A stretch of DNA of 64,000 bases from Okamejei kenojei (taxonomy: Eukaryota), in NCBI GenBank assembly GCA_035221665.1, contig CM069155.1, forward strand, positions 25,668,001-25,732,000, given 5' to 3'. The translations under genes and the position numbers were made by a program. Below are positions 48,825 to 64,000 of the stretch, in pieces. The notes under the pieces were generated by a model. The model had not been told where the DNA came from. It ran no database searches and worked only from the letters and a program-made list of their open reading frames with translations. The number at the start of each line of letters is the position of its first letter. Positions within the stretch are counted from its first letter, which is position 1.

Positions 48825-50301
48825 CCTTGGCAAAGCTGCCGGCCCCGATGGCATCCCCGGGCGGGTGCTCAGGGCATGTGCTGGAAAACTATCCCTGGTC
48901 CTCACTGACATTTTCAATCTGTCACTGGCCCAGGGTGTTGTCCCCACTTACCTCAACATCTACCATTGTGCCAGTGCCCAAACAATCAGCGACAGGGAGT
49001 CTCAACGACTTCCGGCCAGTGGCACTCACCCCTGTCATTGCCAAGTGCTTTGAGCGGCTGATCTTGGCTCACCTCAAAGCCAGCCTCCCCCCCACATTGG
49101 ACCCCCATCAGTTTGCCTACCGGACCAACAGGTCTACAGAGGACGCCATATCTGCGGCCCTACACTCTGCCCTGACCCACCTGGACAGCAATAACACCTA
49201 CATCAGGTTGCTGTTCATTGACTTAAGCTCCGCCTTTAACACTGTCATATCCGCTAGCTTGATAACCAAACTTGGCATCTCCACCTCCCTCTGCAATTGG
49301 ACACTGGATTTCCTCACTAACAGACCACAGTCTGTTAGGGTCAACAACCTCACCTCCTCCACTATAACACTGAACACCGGCGTGCCACAGGGCTGTGTGC
49401 TCAGCCCTCTCCTCTACTCCCTCTTCACCCATGACTGCATCCCTTAGCATGGCTCCAATGCCATCTTAAAATTTGCCGACGACACCACGGTGGTAGGACT
49501 GATCAGTGACGACGACGAGTCAGCCTACAGGGAGGAGGTCCAGCACCTGACAACCTGGTGTGCCGATAACAACCTCGTCCTCAACCCCCAGAAGACGAAG
49601 GAAATCATTGTTGACTTTAGAAAGAACAAGAGAGGGCAGACACACCCCCATCCATATAAACGGGACTGAGGTGGAGCGGGTCTCTAACTACAACTTCCTC
49701 GGGGTACACATCTCGGAGGATCTGTCCTGGTCCCTCAACACCTCCAAGCTGATCAAAAAGGCGCAGCAGCGCCTTTACTTCCTGAGGAGGGTCAAAAAAG
49801 CCCACCTGTCCCCCCAGATCCTGACCAACTTTTACCGCTGTACCATGGAAAGCATCCTGACCACCTGCTTTACGGTCTGGTACAGCAGTTGCACCGTAGC
49901 AGACAGGAAGGCACTACAACGGGTGGTGAAAACCGCCCAGCACATCATCGGTGCCCCGCTCCCTGCCATGGATGCCCTCCACCGAAAACGGTGTCTGAGA
50001 CAGGCCGGGAAGATCATTAAAAACCCCTCCCACCCTCACCATGGACTGTTTGCCCTCCTACCATCAGGGAGGCGGTACAGGAGCCTCAGGTACCACACTA
50101 GTAGGATGAGGAACAGCTTCTACAATAACACCATCACACTGCTGAACTCGGAGTCCCGCCGATAGATTTCTCCAGTCTCTCCATCCACATTGTCTGCATT
50201 CTGTATTTATTTCTATATTGCTATTACTACGAACTGACGCTAAACTGCATTTCATTGTACCCATACTTGTATCTGTGCAATGACATTAAAATTGAATTGA
50301 A
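48825..50301 (+). mobile_element. 5'-truncated Rex1/Babar-like LINE reverse-transcriptase remnant
   Basis: [93 protein letters not shown]. Carries frameshifts and a stop; ends in a (ttgaa)n tail. Confidence 0.92.
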
Positions 50302-50765
50302 TATGAGAAGGTCTATTCAAAAGTCTGTTACAATCGGGAAGAAACTGTTCTTGAATTTGAAACGACATGGTTCTCCCTTGTGGGAGAAGGGAGGAAATGA
50401 TCAGGATGTGAGCAGCTCTTGATTATGTTGGTTGCTTTCTTGAGTGAGTGTGAAGTGTTGAAGCTGGGAGACGGAGGTTGTTTGTGTGATCGGCAAGGCT
50501 GCATTCATAACTCTCCAAATTCTTGTGCTCTTGGGCAGAGCAATTGTTGTACCAAGCTGTGATTCATCTGGATAGGATGCTTTCTGTGGTGCATTTGTAA
50601 AACTTAGTAAGATTTATTGAAGACGTGCTGAATATCCTGAGTCTTCTGAGGAAGTAGAGGTGGCTTTCTTGGCTATAGTGCCACGTGGTTGGACTAGGAC
50701 AAATTTTTGCACCTAGAAACTTAAAACGCTCGGCCATCTGCACTTTACCATTGATGCAGACTGAG
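50302..50765 (-). mobile_element. degenerate Rex1-like LINE fragment
   Basis: ERFKFLG...HLYFLRRLRIFS...LTKFYKCTTESILS on the - strand. Confidence 0.7.
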
Positions 50766-51077
50766 GTAAAAACAAAACAAATTCCAACAGGTTTGTCAGG
50801 GAAGATCACCCTTTCACAAAATCATGTTGCCTTTGGCCTATTTTCTTATGAAAATGTTTGTGTATTTTCATGAGAAAATATTTTCACAAAAAATTGCCTC
50901 CATGTTGTTTTGTGAAAGGTCCAGGATCTTCAGGAAGGGTCCTGTACAAACGAGCCCTATTTGTCCGGCTGAAAATGAGACAATCAGCATATAAATGATT
51001 GAGAAATCCAGCCTGGAATATTTATCAAATCACCTTTTAATTCAACCCACGATATTGAAATAAACAGACATACGAGA

Positions 51078-51262
51078 TGGAGATGCTGGAATCTTGATCA
51101 AAAAACAATGCTGGGTGAACTCAGCAGGTTAGTCAGCATCTGTGGAGGGAAATGGACAAATCAACCTTTCGGGTCAGGAATCTGAAGAAGGGTCCTGACT
51201 CAAAATATCATCTGTCCACAGACGCTGCCTGACCCATGGAGTTCCTCCAGAAGTGTGTTTTT
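51078..51262. mobile_element. older foldback element of the same superfamily
   Basis: gcatctgtggagggaaatggaca...gggtcaggaatctgaagaagggtcctgactc...tgtccacagacgctgcctgaccc. Confidence 0.6.
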
Positions 51263-51390
51263 TTGACAGTGAAATAAATGTAATTATAAACAAAAAACTA
51301 AATCACAATAATAAATGAAAATGTTTCTTGGATAAATGGCATCAATACAGCCACAGAACCAAATCTGAAAAATTCATGTACAACCATCAT

Positions 51391-51396
51391 TTTAAT
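51391..51396 (-). terminator. candidate GUCD1 polyadenylation signal ATTAAA (3'UTR about 1.05 kb)
   Basis: tttaat on the + strand, followed on the - strand by a U-rich stretch (~51270-51330). Motif evidence only. Confidence 0.45.
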
Positions 51397-52433
51397 CAAG
51401 GTGTATCCTCTGTCTCTTGACAAGGCAAGGTCATGTTAGTGGTTAGACAGGACCTGCCAACAACAGCACCTGCCAAAACGAGGCAAGGACTGGCAGGTGG
51501 GGGATGTGGCAGAATCGGAACAGTGGTGGTGAGAATGGTTATGTCTTCTCTTTGTGAAGTGCAAGGAGATATTCTTTACTCAACTGAATTGGACATATGG
51601 GAATGCATCCTATTAAGCAATTTATATCTACCAGAAAGATGTAGAGGCCCCTGTCCCCAGGTGAGACTCACTGCCTCCTCTTCACACCCTGGTAGCCTGG
51701 ACCGGAGACTGCTCTGGATGGGCAGCCATGTTCAGCAGGGGGCTGTCAATGGCCATGGCTCTGCAGTTCTCCAACATGTGTACAGGGTAGATGATGGGGC
51801 AGTGTTTTCCTGCTAACCAGTTACTCTGGTGGCTGCGGAGTATGACGGCCTCAGTATGACGCACCAGTGACAGGAACGCCAGTCCGACGGGAGGTCACCA
51901 GGACGAGCGCAGCAGCCAGCAACAGATTCTGTCGACCACATCACACCTGGACCCACCAGTCCTTACCTCCCCCACAACCCCCAACCCACAAAGCAGGCAG
52001 TTGCATTCCAAGCATGCAAAATCAGTGTTTACTAGATCTCAAGAGATTCCCTTCTCTAAATGAAAGATTACCGAGCAAGGAAATAGGTTTGATTCTGGCC
52101 TTTCAAACCGACTTAGCTCACTGGTTTGTAAGCAGCATGGCTCAGGATCAATGGAACCAGATGCTGATGCAGGCGGTGAGACAAGGGCAAGATGGGTCGT
52201 TACTCTCCTTGGTGCGATGTCCTGGGATTCATTGGCACATTTTGAATAGAAGAGAAGGAACTTCCAAAAGAGGGTCATGTAAAGATCCCATTCAATCCAT
52301 GAGGGGAGCAGTGTTGGGTATTGTGCAGCAGTGGGAATTGGGCACACTTGTGCAATGCAGGCAGGCAGGCACCACCATGTTCCTACATACTTGGAATGCT
52401 CTTAGAGCGAGGGTCTTGTGGGCCACACTGCAA

Positions 52434-52525
52434 TCAGCTGTCCTTGTAAACAAACAGAACGTCCTCGTCCGTCCCGTAGCTGTGGCGGGCCTCATTGAAG
52501 TTACTCACGGATGTACAGCAGACTC
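52434..52525 (-). CDS. GUCD1: GUCD1 last coding exon (6)
   Basis: Acceptor cttcacag; 92 nt. (R)VCCTSVSNFNEARHSYGTDEDVLFVYKDS then TGA. The six exons total 708 nt = 235 aa plus stop. Confidence 0.96.
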
Positions 52526-53135
52526 CTGTGAAGCAGAGACAGGGCAAGGGTTTGAAGTTATAAATTGCTACAATGGAGCTAGCTCTAATCCTTCCCCTTG
52601 TTGATGAGGGAGGTCACACTGCAATCAGAAACCTCTCAGCCAGGCCAGAGGATGGCCAGCTGCAGGAAGGTTCTGCAATGCGAGCAACTGAACACAGAAA
52701 TGGGATGAGAGCCCAGCAGACAGTGAGGGTCAGTTGAGGAGCAGAGTGCAAACTCTTCCCTCACAATGAGAATCGCTGAAAAATCCTGGACTTAGTGAAA
52801 GGAAGACAATTTTGAACCATTAATGTTCACCAGAAACCATCACTAAAAAAGATAGCATCCTTGTTGTCCACTTGTTATATATAATGTCCAACATCTCATG
52901 TGGCCAGTGTCCAAATGGATGAATGGATCTCAGGACACGCTTCAGACAGTGAGGAGTTCTCAATGTCCTACACAAGGAGTAACACCGATGCACAATTCCC
53001 TTAAATTTTCCCATCAAACCCCCCCCCCCCCCCCCCCCGACCAAAGCACAGGCTAATCATGGAGTAAAACTCCAACTGTTTCCACATGTCATTCCCTGTC
53101 ATCTCGGGCATGACATTTGAATGACAGTCTGGTCA

Positions 53136-53642
<507 letters not shown>

Positions 53643-53734
53643 TTAACTATGTGTGGAGTGGAGGGGAGGGTGGGGTCCAGACTGGTAGCAAGAAAAAACC
53701 TGGACCAATCTGGACCAGGCACAAATGAGTGAAC

Positions 53735-54430
53735 CAAGGAGTTGCCATCACCCACCGAGGGATCCCACCACTCATCACCTCTTCCCATCTCCACCCCTTT
53801 CCACCTTCCACAGGGACTGTCCCCTCCACAACTCCTTGGTTCACTCACCCCTTCCCACCCAAACCGCCACCTCCCCAGGTAATTTCCCCTGCAAATGCAA
53901 GAGATTCACCAGTATCTTTTCGAACCTCATCTACTACATCCGGTGCTCCCAATGTGGGCGCTTGTACATCAGTGAGCCAAAACGTAAACTCGGCAACCAT
54001 TTCACGGAACCTTTACGCTCAGTCCACCTAGAGTTACGGGATCTCCCAATTGCTAACCATTTTAACTCCTCTTCCCATTCCCATACCGATCTTTCTGTCC
54101 TGGGCCGCCTCCATTGCCAGAGTGAGGTCTTTTTTACCAGTTCCACAGTGCTCCACATTGTTTGCTGCTTGAGATTACACCTTCTCAAGCCAACAGTGGG
54201 CATACCAGGCACCGCCCTGCCAGCGGTCATTTGTGGCTGGCCCTGGTCTTTTACCATCTCCTGCTCTTTAAGTACCCCCTCCTCAATCCCTACTCTCAGT
54301 CTGAAGAAGGGTCCCAGCCTGAAAAGTCACCCATCCTTTCTCTCTCTCTCGAGATGCTACCTGACCCGTTGAGTTGGTCCTGCACTTTCTGTCCATCTTT
54401 GGTATAAACCCGCATCTGCAGTTCCTTGTT
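53735..54430 (+). mobile_element. Penelope-like element remnant (GIY-YIG endonuclease region plus terminus)
   Basis: FTSIFSNLIYYIRCSQCGRLYISEPKRKLGNHFTEPLRSV...LPIANHFNSSSHSHTDLSVLG, followed by the ctgaagaagggtc terminal motif at 54301. Confidence 0.82.
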
Positions 54431-55270
54431 TCTGCAGTACATCACCCAGTTTAGTGAACCAGAATCTATCAGCCCAGGAAAGGCCCTGGTCATCTCTCCC
54501 CACAGACTCAGGCTTCCAGTTATCATTCACTCTGCTGGGAGAGACGGCACCAGAACAGCTCCAGCAGGCTCCCAATTGATCTGGCGTCTTCTGTGCTCCA
54601 CATTTAGCTCTCCCCAAAGACCACATCCCACCAAAGTATAAGATATGGTCAATGGGCTAAAGGGTTGTTTTTCATTAGAGCAAATGGTGGACGCTCTTAC
54701 TACAATCAGTGAGAAGCAGAGGTGCAAGTATGTATTGGCTAGTCATAATGCACCTACGTGATCAGTGCACAATGTGCTTTCCGTTTATTGCAAGGAATTT
54801 CCTTTGATGTCCAAAATGATGCCAGGAAGTTCTTGAAAGATCTTAGTTTTTAAGATGGATTTTCTTAATTGTGCAAGAAAATGCACAAATGCAACACTCA
54901 GAGAAGTCAGGAGTAAGCACTTGGGACCATGATCAGTTTAGTTTATTGTCATGTGTACCGAGGTACAGTGAAAAGCTTTTGTTGCGTGCTAACCAGTCAG
55001 CAGAGAAGCAATACATGATTATCATCGACCCATCTACAGTGTATATATACATGATAAGGGAATAACGTTAGTGCAAGGTACAGCCAGTGAAGTCCAATTA
55101 GTAGTTTGTATGCAGCCAGTGCTGAGAGATTTTGGGCTGCCAAGCAGAAAGTGCAGCAAACGCAAATTCTTCTCGCATCCTTGGGCCTCTGAGTGGGAGA
55201 TTTAAACACAGTTCTGGTTTTGAATTCATTTGTCATGTAGTCGTTAAACTGGTACTCCGTGCACAACCTA

Positions 55271-55390
<120 letters not shown>

Positions 55391-56121
55391 TCACTGAAAA
55401 CAAACCCTAGGCGTGAAAATCAAAATAACGGAGATGCTGGAAATCTAAAATGAACGCTGGGAACACTCAGTAAATCAGGCTACATCTGCAGGAAACAGCT
55501 TTTATGTTTCAGCTCAAAGTGGGTATTGCCAGTTTTTGCCCAGACATTGGATTTCACCCATAAACCGGGTGAAAGCAATAACATGCTGCAAAGGTCAGGC
55601 AATAGCTTGTACCCAGGTGCAAGGCACGGGATCCTCTGCTTTATTCCCAAAAGTAGAGGTGAAATACTGCATGAGACTGTTCCTCCATGAAACACCACTG
55701 AACTGGACATTATTCAAGCATCCTGGGACCGCTGAGTGCAAGATCATTGGCAACTGTGCGGAGTACTATGGAAAATGCAGAGTAAATGCAGAGTGCAGCA
55801 AGGTCAGGGAAGGACTCAAGCTGTAGTTAGGGAAAGAATAGGAGCGCAGACATACAGGAGCCATCACTGTGCTTCTGTGGACTGGGAATAGAAAGGCGCA
55901 AGAGAGAAGCACACACATTCAGAGTTTCATTAGCGCTCGTCCTTCTCTGCATTAAGATGGTTGTTGTGATTAGGATCTTATTCATGGACACGACGTTTAT
56001 CCTGTAACAATAGGTTTGTTGCCATAGTTAATAAAACAAAAAGATTAAGGATGGAGCAAGCCCAGTCTCTGGGCTGGGCCGAGATTGTAACTGGTTGCTA
56101 TTCAGCTCCTACAGGAAACTA

Positions 56122-56523
<402 letters not shown>

Positions 56524-56549
56524 TCACAGAGGAGAGCAAAGGTTACTGA

Positions 56550-57150
56550 TAGGTCATAAATGATAGGAGTAGAATTAGGCCATTCAGCCCATCAAGTCTA
56601 CTCTGCCATTCAATCATGGCTGATCTATCTCTCTCTCTCTCCTAACCCCATTCCCCTGTTTTCTCCCCATAACCTCTGACATTTGTTCTAATCAAAAATC
56701 TATCTATCTCTGCCTTAAAAATATCTACTGACCTGGCCTCTACAGCCTTCTGTGGCAAATAATTCCACAGATTAACCCCCATCTGACTGAAGAAATTTCA
56801 ACTTCCTGAAAGAATGTCCTTTAATTCTGAGGCTCTGACCTCTAGTCCTAGACGCTCCCATGAGTGGAAACATCATCTCCACATCCACTCTATACAAGCC
56901 TTTCACTGTTCTGTATGTTTCAATAAGGTCCCCCCTCATTCTTTAACACCCAAACGAGTACAGGCCCAGTGCCGATAAACACTCATCATAGGTTAACCTA
57001 CTCATTCCTGAAATCCTGGACCCTCCTCAGATACAGTGCCCAAAATTGCTCACAATATTCCAAATGTGGCTTTACCAGCGCCTTAGAGAGCCTCAGCATT
57101 ACATCTCTGTTTTTTGTATGCAAGCCCTCTTGAAATAAATGCTAGCACGA
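56550..57150 (-). mobile_element. CR1 LINE 3' fragment
   Basis: Closely resembles 2250-2800. Confidence 0.85.
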
Positions 57151-57399
57151 GGGTCGGTGAGGGCTGACGTTGAACGAGTCTGTGTGGACCTTTCATATAT
57201 TTAAGGAAATAAATATGATGTGATATAGGAAGCCACACTGATTTGACTGGCCACACTGGGGTACTGATTTTGGATGATCAGGCATGATCACATGGAATGG
57301 CAGTGCTGGCTCGACGGGCTGAATGGCCTACTCCTGCACATACTTTCTATGTTTCACACAGCCCATCAGGTTTAGCTTCCATTTTCCTTCCCATAATTT

Positions 57400-57605
57400 A
57401 TTCTCTCTCACATGCCATCTATTCCCCTCCATTCATCTACACACTGGGGGCAACGCAGCATCCAATTAATCCTCCTTGAGACGTGAGAGGGAATTGGAAC
57501 ACCCGGGGAAAAACACAAATAGTCACGGAGGAATGTGCAAACCCCACATAGACTGTACCCGAGGTCAGGGTTGAACCTAAGTTGCTGGAGCTGGAGGTAG
57601 CAGCA
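57400..57605 (-). mobile_element. V-SINE (HE1-like), partial
   Basis: Reverse complement ggttcaaccctgacctcgggtacagtctatgtggggtttgcacattcctccgtgac. Confidence 0.72.
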
Positions 57606-57737
57606 AGTCTTTTTGATAAGAACCTGCACAACAGGCTGGCCAATAAAATAAAACTCCATGGAACCCAAGGGAGAGTGACATATTAGGTTCAAAACTGACG
57701 CAGAGGCAGGGAACAAAGTGGAACAATTAATGAGATT

Positions 57738-58085
57738 TTCAAGATTCAAGAGTTTATTGTCATGTGTCCCAGATAGGACAATGACATTCTTGCTTTGCTT
57801 CAGCACAACAGAATATTGAAGGCATGAATACAGAACAGATCAGTGTGTCCATATACCATTGTATAAATATATACACACGTAAATAAATAAAAGATAAAGT
57901 GCAAATAAACTGATAATGGGATATTAATGTTCAGTTTTGTTTGAGTTGAGTTCAATAGCCTGATGGCTGTGGGGAAGAAGCTGTTTCTGAACCTGGACGT
58001 TGCAGTCTTCAGGCTCCTGTACCTTCTACCTGAAGGTAGCGGAGAGATGAGTGTGTGGCCAGGATGGTGTGGGTCCTTGATGTAC
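57738..58085 (-). mobile_element. Rex1-like LINE 3' fragment
   Basis: IKDPHHPGHTLISPLPSGRRYRSLKTATSRFRNSFFPTAIRLLN plus 3'UTR and tail. Confidence 0.8.
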
Positions 58086-60359
58086 TGGAATGAGGCCACC
58101 AGGCTCAGCACTTGACCCATGCTTCAATGTTATAAAAGAGAAGAGAATAAAATAAGAACCTACAAATGAAGAGTTGGAGGTGGTACCCTGCCCTCGAGCT
58201 GCTAGCCCCTTTACTAAAGTCAATCAGACTGCAATGTCAACTCTGCAATCCCGTTTACCTGCGAAAGGCTTTCACTTCCCCGTTCATCAAGAAGCCAACT
58301 CTGCTGTCAAATAATGACAGAATCTTTCCAGCAGACTGAGGATGATTTCAACAGTAGACAGATCAGTGTTTGAAGAGCAGTGATCTGTAGGGCCAAGGCC
58401 CTTGTGCAGCAGGGTGGGATCTTAGTAGCCAACAAAGGCCAAGTGCATCCTGCGCCATACATGCAAGCGGCATTTTTGATCAGTGAACAGGGAGCAATGA
58501 GCTCAATAGTAGGTGGTCAATGCTCATTTGCATCGTATATATTTTTGCATGTTTGCTGGCATGACTGTAATAAGCTATACATAACAAATTATATTCATCT
58601 TTTTTATTCTTTGTATTGTGTCGAGCAGAAAATTAAAAAATATGCATTGCATTCACAAGACTTTATAAATGGATGAAAAAAAAGGTTAACCCACTACTTT
58701 GAACAGCTGGGCACATTTTAAACTCGCGCATCATATTCTTTGGATTGCGAGACGGAGTAGAAGTGTTGACAGCAATAACACCGCTGAATTATAAGTAAAC
58801 AGCTGAACAACAGAGAGCAGTGAAACCCAGCTCCAGACCGGATGCAGGAAGCTTGTAGTGGATAACTAAACAGGGTAGAAAGGCCTAAACCTTCTCAAGC
58901 ATTGAAAGAGCAGAGAAAGACTTAACAAAAGCAGATAGGACATACTGTTGAAGAGGGCCAGTAAACTACTGGTCAGCCAGGCCTCCTGTCCAACCCTGCT
59001 GGCAAAACAGTGCAAGGCATCATTAGCAGTGGTAACCTATACACTATATTGGAGAATTGTACCGCTGGGAAGTGACCACTGGCACTGCAACGCTGGAGGA
59101 GCTGTCACGTTAACTCCACTCTTTCCTCATAGTTCTGCCATTTGTTTCCCCTTAATATTCATCCACTTTATTGACAGTTATCACTGATTCCACACCCACC
59201 ATTTCATTTGGGCAAGTGTTTCAGATCACGAGCGAGCTGTGTCCTCAGCCCACACTGGCTCCTTTGCAAAGTTATCTCCTCCAGCCATTGGAAGATGATT
59301 TATTGCTTTTTACCAAACGTTTTGGTCAACACATCTTAGGAAGGACGTTGAGGTTTTTGAGATGACTTTGAAAAGATTTACTACAATTGTTGCAGGGAGA
59401 AGAGATTTCAGTTCCAAATTTAGACTGTGAAGGCTCAGCATGTTCTCCTTGGAGCAAGGAGGGTTGAGAGGAGACCAAAGAGACTGCAGATGCCGAAACC
59501 TAGAACTAAAATGTTGGAAGAACTCAATGGGTCAAGCAGCAGCTGTGGAGGCAACGGTGCAAGTCAACATTTCGGGTCAAGACCCTCCATCGGATCCTAC
59601 TTCAAGGTTGAGAGGTTTTGACTGAGTTGGCAAGATCATGGTGGGCTTCCACTGTAGTAATGGAGCAAAACTGCTCTCGTTTGCAGGAACAAGGAACAAA
59701 GTTGACAGGCAGGGCAGCTGCATAAACATATGATGCAGAGAGTGGTTTTGAACCTGAACTTGCAGCCTGAAAGACTGTGTCCTGTCATGACTTTCTTACG
59801 GAAAACGGATGGGCATAACATCTCCAAGCTCAGGAGAATGAACAGGAAAACAGAACCGAGAGACTGCTTTAATATCAGACAGCGCCGGTCACATCAATCC
59901 CGTGCCTCTTTCAAGGATGTAACAAACACTATTCCAGCTGAGAACTTTAAATAAAGCATTGGCTTTGATTTACAACTTTCCCACTTTGATTTGTCATCTT
60001 GCAGGATTTTACACACAGCCTCAACTCTGTTCCTGCAACACACGAGGTCCAGGGCTGAAGAAATGTAATTGAACCGAAATGTTGATTCGCTTTGCTTCCC
60101 ACAGATGTTGATCAACTGACTGTGTTCATCCATCATTTCTGTTTTTGTTTCCATTCCTGCAACTTATTTTACATTTCACTATTTGATGAACTGCCTAGTG
60201 CATTGTTACTTCCAGAATAGATCAACACACGTTTATAAGGTGACAATTTTGAAATTATGCCTATGTCCAGATTAGGTGTAGGTTATTAACCTTTTTTTTA
60301 AAAAAAGAGGTAATCATCACATTGCCCTAGCCCCAATCTAAAAAACAACCATGCAAGGT

Positions 60360-61100
60360 TTAAGATGAATTAAGATTGAGGAATATAAAGCAAATAGGAA
60401 AGTACTCACGAGGGCCATTAGAAGGGCCAAAATGGGACATGAAGTGTCTTTGGTGAGTCGGAATAAGGACAATCCCAAGGCTTTTTACAGGTACATTAAA
60501 AACAAGAGGGTAACTAGAGAAGATAGGACTGCTCAAGGATGAAGGAGGTAGTTTGTGCTTTGAGTCAGCGTGTAGAGGAGGTACTAAACAAACATTTTGC
60601 ATCTGTATTCACCAAGGAGAAGCATGTGGTGGACATGATATATACCAGTGTAGGAAATACTAATTTGACAGGGCAGTTTGAGATCAAAAAAGTGTTGGGG
60701 CTTTTGAAGAGCATTAAGATGTCTAAATCCCCAGGGCCTGATGGGATCTGTACCAAGTTATTAAGAGAAGCTTCAGAAGCAAATGCCTTGTATCTTCTCC
60801 AGCCACAGACGAGGTCCTGGATGACTGGACAGTAGCCAATTTGTTCCTTTGTTTAAGAAGGGAAGTAGAGAGAATCTATAGAATTATAGGTCGATGAACC
60901 TCAGGTCAGTGGTAGAGAAGCTATTGGGAAGGATTCTTCAGGGTAGGATTTACTCGTGTTTGGAAGAGAATGGGCTAATTAGGGACAGTTAACAAGGCTT
61001 TGCACGAAGCAGATCATGTCTTACTAATTGGATCGAGTTTTTTCGAGGAGGTGACGAAGGTGGTTGATGAGAGTAGAGCAATGCTGATGACTTCTTCACA
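60360..61100 (+). mobile_element. CR1 LINE ORF2 middle fragment
   Basis: EEVLNKHFASVFTKE...KSPGPDGICTKLLRE. Confidence 0.8.
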
Positions 61101-61767
61101 TAAAGTGCATAGTATAAACAGAATACAAATGGTAACAATAAATACGAGAGCAAAGCAGCAGAATGGTACAACATAGTGCAAAAATCCAATATGCAAAAGA
61201 ATATTAAAGTGCAACAGGCAACTGAGGGAGAGTTGACAGCAAGTATAATTGGCAGCACCTCTGCGAAATGAGTGTGAAAGAGGTGATTGGTTCAGGAGCC
61301 TGACAACAGCGGGGAAGATGTTCTTTAGTTTGGCTGTCTGAGCTTTCAAGCTCTTGGACCTTCTCCCAGAATGCAGGAGAAAGGGGGACAGCCAGGGTGG
61401 CAAGCTTGATAAAAATGGTGGAAGTGACTAACCTGGCGTCACCCTGACCACACCGTGGGTTAGCGAGCAGTCTGCATTGTATTACACTCCACGGATTATG
61501 AATCCCCACAGGTAAACTTCCTGCCCCTGTTCCTTACAAAAGTCTCTATATTTACCTGCATTAAACATCAGTCTACCCTCTTGCACCCCCCTCCCTCCCA
61601 TACCCTGCCCACCCTCACCCACTCCACTTCCCCCATCACCACTACATCTCTCCAACCCTCCCACCTCGGTACAGAACCAGTGTGATGACGATGGTACAGA
61701 AGACTAATACAGAACCAGTGTGAAGATAGTGGGTCGATTGGCCTCCTCTAGTCAATGGTTCTACTTA

Positions 61768-61899
<132 letters not shown>

Positions 61900-62074
61900 C
61901 TAGGCTGATCCTGAGCTTGCACTGCCGACTCAGGCCAGGAGCTGCACACCGTGCATGCAGTCTGTGTTTTAGGCTGCAACAGTCATCTCTACAGACTGTG
62001 GAAGTGCTGCTGTGCTGCAGGCCCTCTCCCCGACCTCTGGCCCAAGCCTCTCAATTCAGCAAACAAGGACAAAC

Positions 62075-62895
62075 TATATGTGATATATGTAAATGATCTT
62101 GACGTAAAAATGGACGGGTTGGTTAGTAAGTTTGCAAATGTCACCAAAATTGGTGTAGTTGCAGACAGTGAGGACGGCTGCCAGAGTATATAGTAGGATA
62201 TACATCAGCTCCAGAAGTGGGCAGAAAATTGGCAGATGGAGTTCAATCCGAGTTGAGATGCTGCACTTTGGGATGTCAAATGTAAGGGGACCATTAACAG
62301 TTAACGGCAAGATTATTAACAACATTGATGTACAGAGGGATCTTGAGTTTAAAGTCCATAGTTCACTGGAGACGGCAACACAAGTAGGTAGAGTGGTAAA
62401 AGAAGCATATGGTAGGTCTGACTTCTTTGGTCAGGGCATGAGTACAAGAGCCAATATGTTGTACCATTATAAAACTTTGGTTAGGCTGCATTTGGAGTGT
62501 TGTGTGCAGTCAGGTCCTCTCATTACCAGAAGGATGCGAAGGCTTTGGTGAGAATGCAGAGGATACTTATCAGAATGCTGACTGGACAAGAGGTCATGGC
62601 TTTTACAGAGGTTGGACATCAGTGGTTGAGGAGAGACTTGATAGAAATATATAACATGACGCTAGGCATAGAGACATTATCGGTACCTTGTTTCTCAGGG
62701 TTGACACTTCAAAGAGCTTTAAAGTGATAGGGGCAACTTTTTGTATACAGAGTGTTGTGGATGCCTGAAACCCGCTGTCACGGGTGGTGATGGGGGCAAA
62801 CAGGACAGCGGCATTTAAGAGGCTTTGAGGGAGACACATGAATATGCAGGGGATGGATCATATACTTGGCATCATGTTCGGCACAGACACTGTTC
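62075..62895 (+). mobile_element. CR1 LINE fragment in GUCD1 intron 1
   Basis: IYVNDLDVKMDGLVSKFANVTKIG...YKTLVRLHLECCVQ. Confidence 0.82.
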
Positions 62896-62934
62896 TAGTT
62901 CTAGTGACCTTCCGCCGTTTCCCCGTCCACTCAC

Positions 62935-62965
62935 TGGTCAAGATGTCTGGCTCACTGGGCTTCAT
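62935..62965 (-). CDS. GUCD1: GUCD1 coding exon 1
   Basis: Minus strand gtcacaATG (A at -3), MKPSEPDILT plus 1 nt, donor gtgagt. The phase matches exon 2 (a+gt=Ser). Confidence 0.8.
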
Positions 62966-63745
<780 letters not shown>

Positions 63746-63855
63746 GTCTGAATGCAGTCAATTCCTGTGGTGAAATGTATTCCCATTGCCACTGTACATG
63801 CTACGATAAGGGTCCCACAAACTGGCACAATAACATCAGATGGACCTACACAAAC

Positions 63856-64000
63856 GGGCGGCACAGTAGTACAGCGGTAGAGCTGTAGTCTTACAGTGCC
63901 AAAGACCTGGGTTTATACATTCTCCCTGTGACCATGTGGGTTTTCTCTTGAGTGCTCAGGTTTCCTCCCACGTTCCAAAGATGTGCATGTTTGTTGGTAA
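63856..64000 (+). mobile_element. V-SINE (HE1-like), internally deleted, cut by the window end
   Basis: gggcggcacagtagtacagcggtagagctg...acattctccctgtgaccatgtgggttttctc...ttcctcccacgttccaaaga. Confidence 0.75.

Noticed and set aside
51867-52604. 245-aa + strand ORF antisense to the GUCD1 last exon and 3'UTR
   Set aside because: Starts at GTG, has no recognisable domain and no supporting gene structure.
61680-61760. C-box-like gtgatga in a GUCD1 intron (possible snoRNA)
   Set aside because: It lies on the strand opposite to GUCD1 transcription, has no suitably placed D box or terminal stem, and is part of a short local duplication.

Overview
Vertebrate genomic DNA, most likely a skate or ray (inferred from the repeat families). 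It contains two assembly gaps (24666-24845, 44889-45034). Three spliced genes lie in the same order as in human 22q11.23. UPB1 (beta-ureidopropionase, + strand) has coding exons 2-10 at 1214-44292, with exon 1 upstream of the window. GUCD1 (- strand) is complete, with 6 coding exons from 62965 down to 52434 encoding 235 aa. SNRPD3 (+ strand) shows only its first coding exon (63218-63343), head-to-head with GUCD1 across a 252-nt CpG-rich spacer. All exons were read by hand, have GT-AG junctions and splice in frame. The rest is dense with transposable elements: CR1-type LINEs, Rex1/Babar-like LINEs, tRNA-derived V-SINEs, Penelope-like remnants and Harbinger-like MITEs. Highlights: (1) more than a dozen Penelope-derived termini with a minimal hammerhead-ribozyme motif, many as short foldback elements; (2) two head-to-head non-autonomous Helitrons forming a ~1.7-kb inverted repeat; (3) a multi-layer transposon nest downstream of UPB1; (4) a CpG-rich non-coding retro-element with a GCAA-capped 3' stem-loop. 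Transposon boundaries are approximate unless exact junctions are quoted, and family names come from recognition by eye, not from database searches.
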